Shown here: positions 14,003-27,825 of the stretch, piece by piece
How positions within the stretch are numbered: position 1 is the stretch's first letter
Layout: each line of letters begins with the position of its first letter
Assembly (NCBI GenBank): GCA_951406725.2
Contig: OX597825.1
Location: forward strand, 11,532,001 to 11,596,000
Direction: 5' to 3'
Length of the DNA: 64,000 nucleotides
Source of the DNA: Octopus vulgaris
Taxonomy: Eukaryota
Position numbers and translations under genes: made by a program
Notes under the pieces: generated by a model
What the model was told of the DNA's origin: nothing
What the model saw: only the letters and a program-made list of their open reading frames with translations
Database searches by the model: none

Positions 14003-14913
14003 ACACACACACATTCATTGATTAATGTGTAGCATGTAATACATATTCATCATTGCTAAATGTTACTTGTTCTACACATGACATTTATGGAATTAAGTTT
14101 TCAAATCAGAGATGTGTTTTTTTTTCCTATATTTTTTATGTTGTTATGTCTACGTGAATATTTATAATAGCAATTCATTTGTCTCATTAAAGTGAATAAA
14201 ACAGATTAAATTGTATAATTCTTCGTATGGAATCTTTTTAACTGAATTTATTAAATATGGTAAATGTCAAGTATTTTATAGGTAGTATATTAAAATGAAT
14301 TTAATATTTGAATTTTTTAACATAACGAAGCCGTTGTAACTATTATGCAAATAACTGTTTTTTTTTCTTATTAATATGCAAGAAGTTTGTAAAAGCATTG
14401 ATGAGTGTGTGTGACATTCGTCGAAGTTGTTTTTCTTTTGCAAATGCTTGTAGTTTCGTCTAGCAAAATAATTTTACTAAAATTGCTGTTGCTTACATAA
14501 TAAATCTCCTGTTTATTGTTAAGAAAACTGCACAAACCAAGCTAATGGCATTTCTAAATCTACCTGTGAGGCACCATGTTATATGCCTTCTTGCCCAGGC
14601 CATTGCCAAGTTTGTCAACTTTCTCTTTAAGATCACCTTATTGACAAGTAAGTAATCCTTTGGTCCCTCTAAAATTTTTTTCTTTAGCCCTTACCTTACC
14701 ACTAGCAACCCATTTCTTCCAAGGCGTTCATACAGTTTTTCTCCCACTATTCCAGTGAGGAAATTTCATAACATGTGTAAGCAAGCGATCGACTGATAGT
14801 TATTAGCCCCAGAGTCCTTAATTGGATCTTCCTAGATCAGCACCGTTCTTCCACTGACCAACCGCTCCCTCCCATCGAGTACACTGGAAAATGAGCAGGG
14901 GTTAGCGGATATA

Positions 14914-15298
14914 TGGAAGCACTCCGTCGGTTACGACGACGAGGGTTCCGGTTGATCCGATCAACGGAACAGCCTGCTCGTGAATTTAACGTGCAAGTGG
15001 CTGAGCACTCCACAGACACGTGCACTCTTAACGTAGTTCTCGGGGATATTCAGCGTGACACAGAGTGTGACAAGGCCGGCCCTTTGAAATACAGGTACAA
15101 CAGAAACAGGAAGTAAGAGTGAGAGAAAGTTGTAGTGAAAGAGTACAGCAGGGATCACCACCATCCCCTGCCGGAGCCTCGTGGAGCTTTAGGTGTTTTC
15201 GCTCAATAAACACTCACAACGCCCCGTCTGGGAATCGAAACCGCGATCCTACGACCGCGAGTCCGCTGCCCTAACCACTGGGCCATTGCGCCTCCACC
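14914..15298 (-). mobile_element. SINE family B (tRNA-headed, resembling octopus OR-type SINEs), full length, 10-bp TSD
   Basis: Minus strand GGAGGCGCAATGGCCCAGTGGTTAGGGCAGCGGACTCGCGG...GTTTCGATTCCC; TSD AGCGGATATA at 14904-14913 and 15299-15308; copies at 34367 and 50911. Confidence 0.9.
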
Positions 15299-15394
15299 AG
15301 CGGATATAAGGTACCAAGACGTAGTACGAACACTAACTCTAGCAGTAGAAGAAAATAATTGAATGAAATTCACGTGAGAGATAAACATGTATAT

Positions 15395-15605
15395 GATTGT
15401 GTGTCTGTTTGTCCCCACCAACATCGCTTGACAACCGATGCTGGTGTGTTTACGTCCCCGTAACTTAGCAGTTCGGCAAAAGTGACCGATATAATAAGTA
15501 CTAGGCTTCCAAAGAATAAGCCCTGGGGTAGATTTGTTCGACTAAAGGCGGTGCTCCAGCATGGTCGCAGTCAATGACTGAAAAAAGTAAGAGAGTAAAG
15601 AGTAA
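15395..15605 (+). mobile_element. SINE family C, 3' half
   Basis: ACATCGCTTGACAACCGATGCTGGTGTGTTTACGTCCCCGTAACTTAGC...GGTGCTCCAGCATGG...GACTGAAA. Confidence 0.85.
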
Positions 15606-15992
15606 CCAACAAAGATAAACAGCTGCATCGTAAGTGATCGGATATGAATCTCCTACTGAAAGAGGCCAAAGATCTTTGTTGACATACACTACCGTCAGAA
15701 ATTAATTAGCACCCTTGATTTGCTCTTCACTCAAGGTATGTGCTGTCACCTAGTGGCATTTAAAGTGGGACGTATTCCTAGAGCCTAAAGAGAGGGTCTT
15801 GCTCACTGTGATTAGGGCACTTACAACCATTTCAAGGAAGACAGAAACCTGGCATAAGAAGTTAGAAATACCAGACATCATCGGACGAACATAGTGGACG
15901 GCCATTTTCGGTAAAATGCATGGGTTGAATAATGTACCGTATAACTGTGGTAAGCGACATGTCACATAGCTCAAAACATCATAACTGGAGAC

Positions 15993-16021
15993 AACTACTA
16001 CTACTACTGCTACTACTACTG

Positions 16022-16120
<99 letters not shown>

Positions 16121-16132
16121 ATAATAATAATA

Positions 16133-16162
<30 letters not shown>
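15993..16162. repeat. (ACT)n followed by (AAT)n
   Basis: Direct reading. Confidence 0.95.
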
Positions 16163-16163
<1 letters not shown>

Positions 16164-16189
16164 AAATCTTCAATTCAATTCAATTCAAT

Positions 16190-16770
16190 TCATGGAGATT
16201 GTTGGAAGAGAGGAAAAGAGGTTATGGCTGGGATATGAAAACCTGAAACAGAAAACGGAATCGTTAGTTACAGCCACGCAAGAATTAAGCTGTAAGAGCG
16301 AATTCGATGAAGAAAAAGGTTGATAAAACTCCCTTTTGACAGCAAAAGATGAATGAGTGGAAAAGGGAGATGAAAATATTAGCTAACTTGTAGTAAGAGA
16401 ATTCAGTAAGGCAGCGCAAGAATCGTTTAAACTTTGACATGACTGTCGGTAAAAGATTGTATTTGGATGTTAGTCAAGTTTATGGATTTGAAGTCACAGA
16501 AAATTTGTATGAACAGGAGCCAGAAGCTGTCACGATGAATCATAATTACAAGATTTTATCGGATTTCTCCATAGAGTCTGATCATACTATTAATGCAAGG
16601 AAACTAGCTACGATCGTGGAAGATAAAAAGATTAGTGTAAGATCATTGACTTTTCGGTGTGTATGACACTAAAGTGTCAAGGTAACTGAGAACATCGAGA
16701 AATTATAGGACTGTTTAGAGAGATGAAGAGATTGTGGAACACAAGGGTGGAAATTACTCTTCTGGGAATT
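16190..16770 (+). pseudogene. Decayed R4/Dong-like non-LTR retrotransposon fragment (restriction-like endonuclease region)
   Basis: KTESLVTATQE (compare ETESLLxAAQE) and NHNYKILSDFSIESDHTINARKLATIVEDKK (compare xKILWDFxIQTDHxIxARRPDxVVxDKK); lies next to an (AAT)n tract. Confidence 0.7.
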
Positions 16771-17155
16771 GGAGTGATTCAATTTTTTTTTGCTGGGTTC
16801 TTTTTTTTTCTGGAGTTTTTGTTTTCTCCTTTGCACCATCACCGACAGTTTGGAATTTGTTTCACTATCACCAACGCCTTCTCGACACAAGCGAATGAGA
16901 TAATGAGATGTCGCTGCTCTGTATGTTAAAGTGAGCAGGTACATGATACATAGTTTTCGATACTGGAGAGTGTGATTTTCGTCGTCATCTTAAGATGTTT
17001 TAACCGTAGAGCTCATGAGGCTGGGATCTGCTGCCGTTGATGTTACTAGGCTTACAAAGAATGTCCTGAGGTCGATTTGCTCAACTAAAGACGGTGCTCC
17101 AGCATGGTGGCCACAGTCAAATGCCAGAAACAAGTAAAATATTATTATTATTATT

Positions 17156-18232
<1,077 letters not shown>

Positions 18233-19283
18233 CTGTCACAGGTGAACATGACAGTAGAGAAGCGACGCACAGCCGCCTGGTCGAATTCTGGCTCTAAATG
18301 CAGAGTATTCTCCTTTTGAGAATTTCGGCGATTTTCTGTTAGCGCTTTCACAAAACAATTTATTGGGACTTATTGATGTTTCTATTGTTGGTATCCTTTC
18401 CTTTCGATTTGCTACTCCTGTGGGCAGAAACATGCAACCGGATTTTGCTATCACACATTTAGCAACTGGGTTTTCCGCATTGCGCTACCAATCACAACGT
18501 TTTTGTTTCACCTTCCACGACTTGAAACAGTTCTGGTGTAGTCTCTTAATTTTCAAGATTGTATGTTTATTCAGACCACAACCTGACTACATATAACTCT
18601 TTATGACTTCAGCACTCTCCACTTGCTTTTACTATTCCACAACTAACAAAGGATTAATCTTAATCTTAAATTATCTTAATCCTCGTTTTTCTTCATTTTT
18701 GTTTCACAAATATATGCGCAGGTGTGTATGAAACTTGCTTTGTCCGTTTGCAGGATTCATACACATTGCTCAAAACCATACACACAAAGCCGTATGCTTT
18801 TCCTTGGTTAATTGAGATAGCATTTTGTTAAGCTTCGTTCGTACAATCAAAGGTCCGTTATCTTAAGCAAGAAAGAGATATAACATAGTGATGGAAACTG
18901 ATACGTTTCTGGGCAACCAAAAAAATGTTTTCGAGAAGCTGGCCGTTGCAATTTTAGGTTCAAATTGCCTGATAAAAAGGGTAAAGATATTACTGTCTGT
19001 GAGTGTAGCAGGGGCTGTATTCTTTGATCTCTGATTAAAAACAATATGAATAGCGATAGAGTCTGTTTATAGCAAATTGTATCTGATTCTTGGTAAAATT
19101 AATTATGGAGTCTAACGTTCCGAAAATAACTGATACAAGTGCGTGCACTACTGCTCTGCATGAGTTGAATAAAGTTCTTCTCCAATCAGTGTTTCATCGT
19201 CAGTTTTTACCCTAACTACCTACACAATATATACACAATAGACAGACACACATACACATATTCATGTGTTTATCTTTGTATGG

Positions 19284-19322
<39 letters not shown>

Positions 19323-20377
19323 TGTGTGTGTGTGTTGTAGTAGTAGTTTCAGTTATACACGTTTAGTTCTTCAAATAATTGAAAAGATGGTAGCCGAATA
19401 AATGTTCGACTGTTTCTATTGACTGGAAAGCGAAAAATACATTGAGTCTGCCCTGAGACGAATTATAAGACATATGAAGCTAGTTTAAGAGTAGATTCAC
19501 CAAAGATGATTAAATGCTGCTTCAGAAAAATTTCAAACATTAGTCACTAATGATACTGATGAGAACACCTATGCAGTCATCAACACAATAACAAATCATT
19601 TTACCTTGATGTGATTAATCTGAAGATGGTTAATTGCCATAAAAATTACTGTTAAATGTTTATCATTTGCTCTATTATAAGAACTACAGAAGAAACCTCG
19701 ATGCAGCTGCCAATTGACGTGCAGAGCTAGGCCAGTGGTGGCCTACTCTTAGAAGGTCCTGCGCATGTGAACCTTTACCAGCAATCTCTATGCAACCGAG
19801 GAGAGCCCACACCTCCTCTACCGTGAAGAAGTAGATTACTGAATAATCGACGTGCAAGTAATAGTAGCCAAACCGCACAGCAAACTGTACTGTTATAGAC
19901 ATAAGAAGGAGGCATGTGTATCTAGTACATGTACCCTAAGTCTACAGCTTAAAGAATGATGAGTATGATTTGGGCATCTTTGAATTTATTTTTGCGTGTC
20001 TATACTATTGGGAGAAAATTGTTCTCCAAGAGAAAATCACTCTGTGAATGCCATTCACGTTTTAGTGTCTCGGAAGGTGTTAAACTAAATGTACACATTG
20101 TTATGATAAATAAAAGTGAAAGATAGACAATCATAAAGAGAGTTGGAAGAGAGTGAAAGAAACTATTATAAAGAGTGATAGATTTGAGGGATAGGTAGGT
20201 GAGAGATTGACTAAATAGGAAAGAGAGAGAGAGAGGTAGATAGAGACAGAGTGCACACAGGAGGGAGAGAGAGAAAGAGATAAAGAGAGAGAGAGAGAGA
20301 GGTAGAGATACAGATAGAGTGTGCACACGAGGGAAACAGAGAAAGAGATAATGAGACAGAGACAAAGATAATGAGGC

Positions 20378-20426
<49 letters not shown>

Positions 20427-22194
20427 ATGTTCAGCAATCAGTTGAATAGATAGTGAAATGTAGTGAAGGATGGAGAAGACGAGAGAATTTAAGTAGTAAA
20501 GGAATGAGAAGGAGATAGTGCACGTGTGAAATAGAGTACAGAGAGGCAGAAGTGAGATGAAGAAGTATAAGAGGTGGGAGAAATAGAAAGAACGAAGTGT
20601 ATTACATTGATACATAAATTGGTGGAAGACGGAAAGCTTGAGAGGAATTGAGAAAGATGCAGGAAGCAGTCAGCCTCTAAGCAACAAGTGAAACCCAGCT
20701 AAGCTGCGAAAAGCGAATGAAGCAAAACTTGAAATTGAATTACCAAACAAGGACACAAATAAGACTTAAATGTTGAATGATTAAACGTATTGAACGTGTG
20801 ATTTGAGATGTCAAAGGAAATGAAACAAGGCTGAAATGAGAAAAATTACGAAACATTAGAAGAAGGCATAAGGCAACCCCGTCATTTTCGACAGGTACTG
20901 CATTAACACATTACATTAAATAATGGAAGATTAAATACGTTGAAAGTTTGATTTTTTAGAGTTTATCTCCTGGTATATAACCGATATATTTGTGATACAT
21001 TGGTAGCTACGGTGCTGTAATTTATCAACAATATATTTCTTTATCATTAGCTGTTATACGTTAACACAAAGCGATAAATTTATAAGCGAGTAAGTCGCAT
21101 GATGGTTTCTTTTCATGAAGCGACAGCAAACCTGATGCATTTCCTGTTTCCGCCAGTGTCCCCATGCATTGTCGTTAACATTATCAAGTGAGATAATGCA
21201 GTATATTTTCCTTGTTTGTTAAATACGTATGTATTAAACATTTCATAGTTTTTATTGTTCTTTTACGATTGAAAGGCATCGCCTGTAAATAGCAATTCCT
21301 TTGTAACGAACGCTTTTGGCATAGCAAAATGTTGTGTCAGATTTATTGTTCTCTTACTATTTATCACGCATATTCTTAGAATTAGTTGTCTTTGAAACGA
21401 ATGACATATTTGCAACCAATTCCAAGTAGTATGTATTGCTTGCGGGTTTTGCTGCTTTTGCATCAGGTTTTAAATAATTCATGAATGTGAATATTTTTTT
21501 CTATTTTTACTGATAGAAATTTACAATTTCATGCGCAGTTAAGTTAACTTTATCTGATACTCTTTTTCACGGGTAAGTAGATATAATCGAAATATAGCAT
21601 GGAGATAGCAGATTGGCAAAAAAAAATGTGAGTCGGAGGAAATGGCTTAATATGTTTACTTAGGCACATTTAATTCTGAGTTCGAATATTTCTTAGGTCA
21701 GCCTTGTCTTTCATGCATCTGTCGTTGCAAAAATAATGTAGCAGTCAATGTAACCATCCACGTGCTCCTGTGTTTCCTTCGCTCTCCATCTTGGTCAGTT
21801 GTTGATGAGTAATGAATAGTTACTGAACAACGTATATATTAGTGGAGGCACATGGCCTAGTGGTTAGAGCAACGAACTCGCGAATCGAAGTTTTGGACAT
21901 TCGTCTATGCTTCGGCGTTGATGACTAAACCCTTCAAGATGGTGCCCCAGCATGACCGCCGTTCACTGATTGAAACAAATAAAAGATAAAAGATAGCAGA
22001 TTTTTTATAGATTTCCAATGGCATCAAAATAAAAATCCAGCAGACTAATTCTCCAAGAGACGAAATTCATCAGAATATATTTCACTTTATATTGGGCAAC
22101 ATGGAAGCATCAATGTAGTCTAATAACTTGCTAAAAATAATTGCCAAATTTCTTCAAATCATAGCCTATGATCTTAAAAATGAAGGACTCATTT

Positions 22195-22551
22195 GAGATG
22201 TTTACCTTTTGACCTATAGATTTAGAAAATAATTTTTTGTAACTAAACACTTTCAAACTTCGGACACTGGTAGAATGTGTCACATAAAACATCTTTTACT
22301 CGTGTTACGCAGGACGTTCTTGTTGACAAACAACAGCAGTGATTTTATTCAGCTGAATACACGTCATTGGTTGAAGTTACCGAAATACGAGAAATTTAAC
22401 GTGAAATAACTTCGTAAATGTAAGTTTTTCTTTAAAATGCTAAGAGTAAAAGATGTTTTATATGACATATTCTACCAGTGCCTGAAGTTTGAAAGTGTTC
22501 AGTTACAAACAAATTATTTTTTAAATCTGTAGGTCAAAAGGTAAAGATCCC
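22195..22551. mobile_element. MITE with ~115-bp TIRs and a 6-bp flanking direct repeat
   Basis: GAGATGTTTACCTTTTGACCTATAGATTT...AAAACATCTTTTACTC pairs with GAGTAAAAGATGTTTT...AAATCTGTAGGTCAAAAGGTAAAGATCCC; TCATTT at 22189-94 and 22552-57. Confidence 0.85.
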
Positions 22552-23812
22552 TCATTTGATATATAAATGTTAAATGTGGAATGATGAGCCGGAGCATATT
22601 TCATCAAATAATAAACCGAATTCATCGAAAGTGAAATCACTTCCATCCGTTTCCACATGACAACTGTCTATCATAAAATGGTTCTTTCTACAATGTTTTC
22701 AATAACTCTTCCGGCAATGCCCACAGCATATAAGCACTACATGCAGTTGAAAATAGGGAGAAAAAAAACTGTTCAGATACTTGTGAAACCAAATGTAATG
22801 CGATTCCGGTCACATTCTGATTTGAGTAAACAATACTGAACAGTTTGTATAGTCATTTACACCTAATTAATTTCTTCTCCATCTTTCACAAAATATAATT
22901 ATCCTTTACGCTTAAGTAAAGTTTTTGCATTTGAAAAATAAGAAAGAATCAGTAAAAACCATCCAAGTGGTTTTCTTGGTTTTCTTTTCCAGAGCTGAGC
23001 CAGGAAACCTTATATGCAACCAGCTAAGAAGACGCAACTTTCAAGTAAATGCCATTTGTTTTAAATCTCGCATAGTTCAATGAATACGACATCAGGTTCT
23101 GTCCCAAACACAGATGATCAAAATTAGTCTGTTTATGAGAAGTACTCATTCATACGAGGCGTCTCGTTTCAAGCTCTATCTAAAAGAATGATTGAAGCAT
23201 AATAAATGAATAAATAAATTCATCTCAGAAAATAGTATTTTTTATAGATATTTAGGAACCTTGTTCACGATTACTACGATACAGTATTATTTTTTCTTCT
23301 GTTGCAATCGATTAGAGCCTTTTTCCTTCATGAATCTATTCTGCCCACATATATACACAAGAACACGCTAACATTTTAGCAAGTGTGTAGCGTAAATCAT
23401 TACATTATACAAACGACTTCATCATAGATTAATTAAAAACAAAACTCCAATTTTCCAAAGTAGCAAAGTTAAGTAACAAATATTAATATGCTTGATGGGA
23501 AAAAGAAGAAACTCATTTCAGAAACTAAAAGAGTATATTAATTAAGAAACGGTGTTTCTCACAGAACTTAAGTAAAACGAGATTTAAAAAACATTTTACA
23601 GGTGGCTGTATTTAATTTCTTCAAACGAAATAGAAGAGCGTCAATTAATTGGATCATCCCCATTGATAATACCCTTTGTACATTCGCGCAGTAACAAAGA
23701 CGAGAACAGAGATGCCTGTTTACAAACACTTATACGAACATTTTCTTGCTTACAGAATTCCTTGTTATCTCCATTGCGCAAAAAAAGTCCATTATATAAA
23801 TATACACTGACC

Positions 23813-23847
23813 ACATACATACATACATACATACATACATACATACA

Positions 23848-23883
<36 letters not shown>

Positions 23884-24103
23884 CATACATACATACACAC
23901 ATACATACATACATATATACATATATACATACATACATACATACATACATATACACATATATACATACATACATATATACATATATACATATATACATAC
24001 ATACATATATACATACATACATACATATATATATACATACATGCGAGCATATATACATGCATGCATGCGTACATACATACATACATACATACATACATGT
24101 ATG

Positions 24104-24135
<32 letters not shown>

Positions 24136-24345
24136 CATATATACATACATACATGCATGCGTACATACATACATACATACATACATACATACATGCATGC
24201 GTACATACATACATACATATATACATACATACATGCATGCGTACATACATACATATATACATACATACATGCATACAATACATACATACATACATACATA
24301 CATAGATACATACACACATACATGCATACATACATACGCACGCAC
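23813..24345. repeat. (CATA)n tetranucleotide array with CATG/CGTA variants
   Basis: Direct reading; explains the 200+ aa YIHT and MYVC ORFs. Confidence 0.95.
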
Positions 24346-24586
24346 GTAGAAACAGATTCATAAATGCGTATAGAGAAGACATAGCGGTGATACATGGCTT
24401 CACTTGTAATTAAAAATGGCTTCCAAATTCAAAACATGATGTAAAAGAAAATAATAAAATTTTAGATTATTAATAAAATAAGATTATTAATTTAGAAATT
24501 AAGTTTTTTTTTCTTTCTAGCTAACATTTAAAGTTTTCTCTTCTTTTGTACAAATTACAAATTATCTTGTTTCGCATTTTACACAG

Positions 24587-24655
24587 ACATGGATTTGAAG
24601 CAGATTGGTTTAAGAATATTCTTGTCGCAATACATACTTCGAAATGAAAAGAGAA
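24587..24655 (+). CDS. Candidate 69-nt exon (MDLKQIGLRIFLSQYILRNEKR), unassigned
   Basis: Acceptor ATCTTGTTTCGCATTTTACACAG and consensus donor GTAAGT; one open frame; length divisible by 3 (phase 1-1). No homology recognised. Confidence 0.3.
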
Positions 24656-25429
24656 GTAAGTAGCAAGTTTATTTTAAAGAACAACATAATGGTATATTAA
24701 ACTGTTTGGTCTCATATCACTCTGTTTAAATGCAAGACGAAAAAGAAACTAGCTCCCACATTGTAGCTGATAATAAAACTAAATTCAAATAGATTTTATA
24801 ATGTGGAATGACAAATTTCTTAGATTCAGGAATCAATAACAGCTGAAAGTCTAATCTTGATTTCAATTCCGTTGGTGCAGTTGACACGAGAAAACAAATA
24901 AGAAAACGATCTCGGTGCCATAATACTTATAGACTGTCGAATGGTTTTAATTTATTATTCATCCACGAACGCAAAAACCAAAAAAAAAAGAAAGAAAAAA
25001 AAGCTATCTCCGTCATGGCAGTGAATAGAACATTGTTCAGTGATCTAAGTCGGACGTTCCTGATTAATAATGTTGTTTGATCACAAGAAACCAGGCGCTG
25101 CAGACTGTTGGAATCATACGAGGCCAACCATACGGAACTTTGCTTTTTAATTTCTTTCTCCTTTTTTTAGAACAAAAATTGCTTTTGTTGTGATCCTCCG
25201 ATGTTGCTTTAAGATATAATTTATTACATCGTATGAAAGCAATATTTATGCCGCCAGAAATGCAGTAAATCAGCATTCTGCATTTTCAAACCTGTGACCT
25301 GCGTTCCTGGCAAAAATAACGAAGCAAGAATGGATAGTGTACGTAAAAATATGAATAGCTGACTTGATGTAGCCTTTCAGAAGTATATCAACTTAGTTTC
25401 TTATGTGGGCCAATGTAGGATATATGCAC

Positions 25430-25514
<85 letters not shown>

Positions 25515-26695
25515 CTAACAGCGGTCTTAGGTCATTAGGCCATATGTTCAAAATGTGTTTGTATCGACCATTGCACCAATGATTTATATCAAACCTTCGT
25601 TACATCGAGGCATTTATACCACATGAATGTACGATGAAAGGTGTCTGGAGTTTCCTTGGGGAAATATAACTTCATACTGGTTTCATATATTCCCTAAAGG
25701 CTCATTTCAGAAAAACACACGCGCCATTACTTTAATGGGCTTATGTTTACTGGCTAATATATTACAAATAAGAGACAGACAAGTAGTTTTATTAACAAGG
25801 TCAGTAGACTAGAGCGGTATTTCCATGAGAATATCGTGTTGTTTGCGTGGAATTAGGAGAGAATAAATCGATAGTGTTAACTTTGTTTATCATTTTTGCG
25901 TTCAATGTGTTGTGTGATTCGCCATATAAATTCTGATAATGTCTCCATGTTATGATGAAGTGTAAATTAGTGTTGCTGTCTTTTATTATCTATTTGTCCT
26001 ATAGTGAATTTAGCACGTTACACTTATCAACTTGAATTGCTTTCGAATTCGTTTTTACGCTGTTGTAATCATTAGTGGAGACATTAGTTACGGTCAATTT
26101 CCAATTTACTATATGATGTCCGTGATTTGCTTTTGTTTTGATCACTTTCCAAAATGGAATTGAGTGCAAATTGGTTCCGTTTGTTATCTGTCAGGTTCGT
26201 AACAAACTTTCTAAATGCTGGTCCAATAAATTGTGACAGCTAAGTGCGCTTGTGTAACTAATAAAATTGTGAATGATTGGTGACAACTGCAGAAATCTCT
26301 ACAGTTGGTTGGCCCTTATTCTGTCTCATGCACACAATGTCTAAATTATGGTCTTAATTAATGCCGTTAGGTTTTAGAGATATATTTTGACTATCATTTC
26401 CATTCAACATGTTACCTTTAACGTACGAATATTTCTGAAAGATTCCACCGAAAGAGAACGTATGTTACTAAGATGTAGTTGATCTACACACACGCAGTAT
26501 GACAGTTGCAGGGTCATCTTGATTTATCTTTGCTAGAAAAGTTGGGAATGATGTTCCGAAACATATTGGAAATCTATCCGGAGAAATATTGTCATTACTA
26601 ATTGAAATGTATTTCATCTAAAGGCATATTTTCCATGTAAAGAGATTTCGTCTTAATTCCGCAGCATATATAGAACAATGTTATGTTCTTGCTGG

Positions 26696-26915
26696 AAGGC
26701 GGCGAGCTGGCAGAAATGTTAGCACGGTATTTCGTCTGCCGCTACGTTCTAAGTTCAAATTCCGCCGAGGTCGACTTTGCCTTTCATCCTTTCGGGGTCG
26801 ATTAAAAAAGTACCAGTTATGCACCGAGGTCGATATAATAAACTTAATCCGTTTGTCTGTCCTTGTTTGTCCACTCTGTGTTTAGCCCCTTGTGGGTAGT
26901 AAAGAAATAGATATT
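26696..26915 (+). mobile_element. SINE family A monomer with a 10-bp TSD
   Basis: TTCTTGCTGG at 26686-95 and 26916-25; A and B boxes present; short deletion in the head. Confidence 0.9.
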
Positions 26916-27224
26916 TTCTTGCTGGTCAAAAGTGGTCATTCATATTTCAAGTCATCTCAGGTGCAAGCATGTTTGCAGGGTTAAGAATCTTCCTTTGCAG
27001 TTATTTGGTTTTGAGTTCAATCCAACACCATGGTACGTTGGACAACCATTTTCCACTATAGCTCCGGACCAGCCAATGCCTTGTGAGTGAATTTGGTTGG
27101 CGGAAACTGTGTGGAAACACTTTGTATTTATGTATATATATATGTGTGTGTATGTATGTGTGTACGTATATGTGTGTTTGTACATATGCATGTGTGTGTA
27201 TATATGGATTATCCATACCTAATT

Positions 27225-27475
27225 ATTTTGTCCAAGATTCTGCGTCGTAGGAGACAATTGGCATTATATAACTTTATATAACGTTATATACTGATCTCAA
27301 GTTTAGTGTCATGTCCTTTGAGATGAAGATCTTCGTCATTATTATAAACATTGTTTTAGCTTTATTTATTCCCTTGAGTAACTTCTCAACAACGTTTCTG
27401 ATATATTTTTCGTCATAGGTACTGGAAACTGTTTTTACTCGTTCCAACTTCTGTCCAACTGCCTTTATAATGGGA
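27225..27475 (-). pseudogene. RTE-clade reverse transcriptase fragment (downstream of YADD)
   Basis: Minus-strand translation GQKLERVK..FQYL and YIMPIVSYDAESWT (compare FKYLG and PxLLYGAETWT). Confidence 0.6.
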
Positions 27476-27479
27476 AATG

Positions 27480-27825
27480 GACAGGCACTCTATTTTATAA
27501 TGGTGAAGTGTTCATTTATATTTATAAAGAAGACCTGCAATTGTCAGAGCCAGAAATCAAAAGAGGAGTAAGACAGCCATGTGAATTATCACTAAAAATG
27601 GTAAATATTGATAGTAAATATGAATTCAGAGTATTAAATGAGATGAAAGGACTCACAGTCAATAGTATGAACATCAACACTATCAGATAAGCTGATGATA
27701 CAGCGTTATTGGTTGAAAGCAATGGAACATTTTCAGACATTGTTCCTGTTGTAAAAGAAAAGTGACAATAAAATTCTGAATATGAACATAAAAAGGAGAA
27801 AAACATTTGTTATTAGTAAGACAGA
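27480..27825 (+). pseudogene. RTE-clade reverse transcriptase fragment
   Basis: EIKRGVRQPCELS (compare RGVRQGCxLSP), INTIR*ADDTALL (compare INNIRYADDT), LNMNIKRRKTFVISK. Confidence 0.75.

Noticed and set aside
14914-15298. tRNA-like sequences with A and B boxes, also at other SINE heads
   Set aside because: They continue into SINE bodies with TSDs and lack a complete cloverleaf, so they are not tRNA genes.
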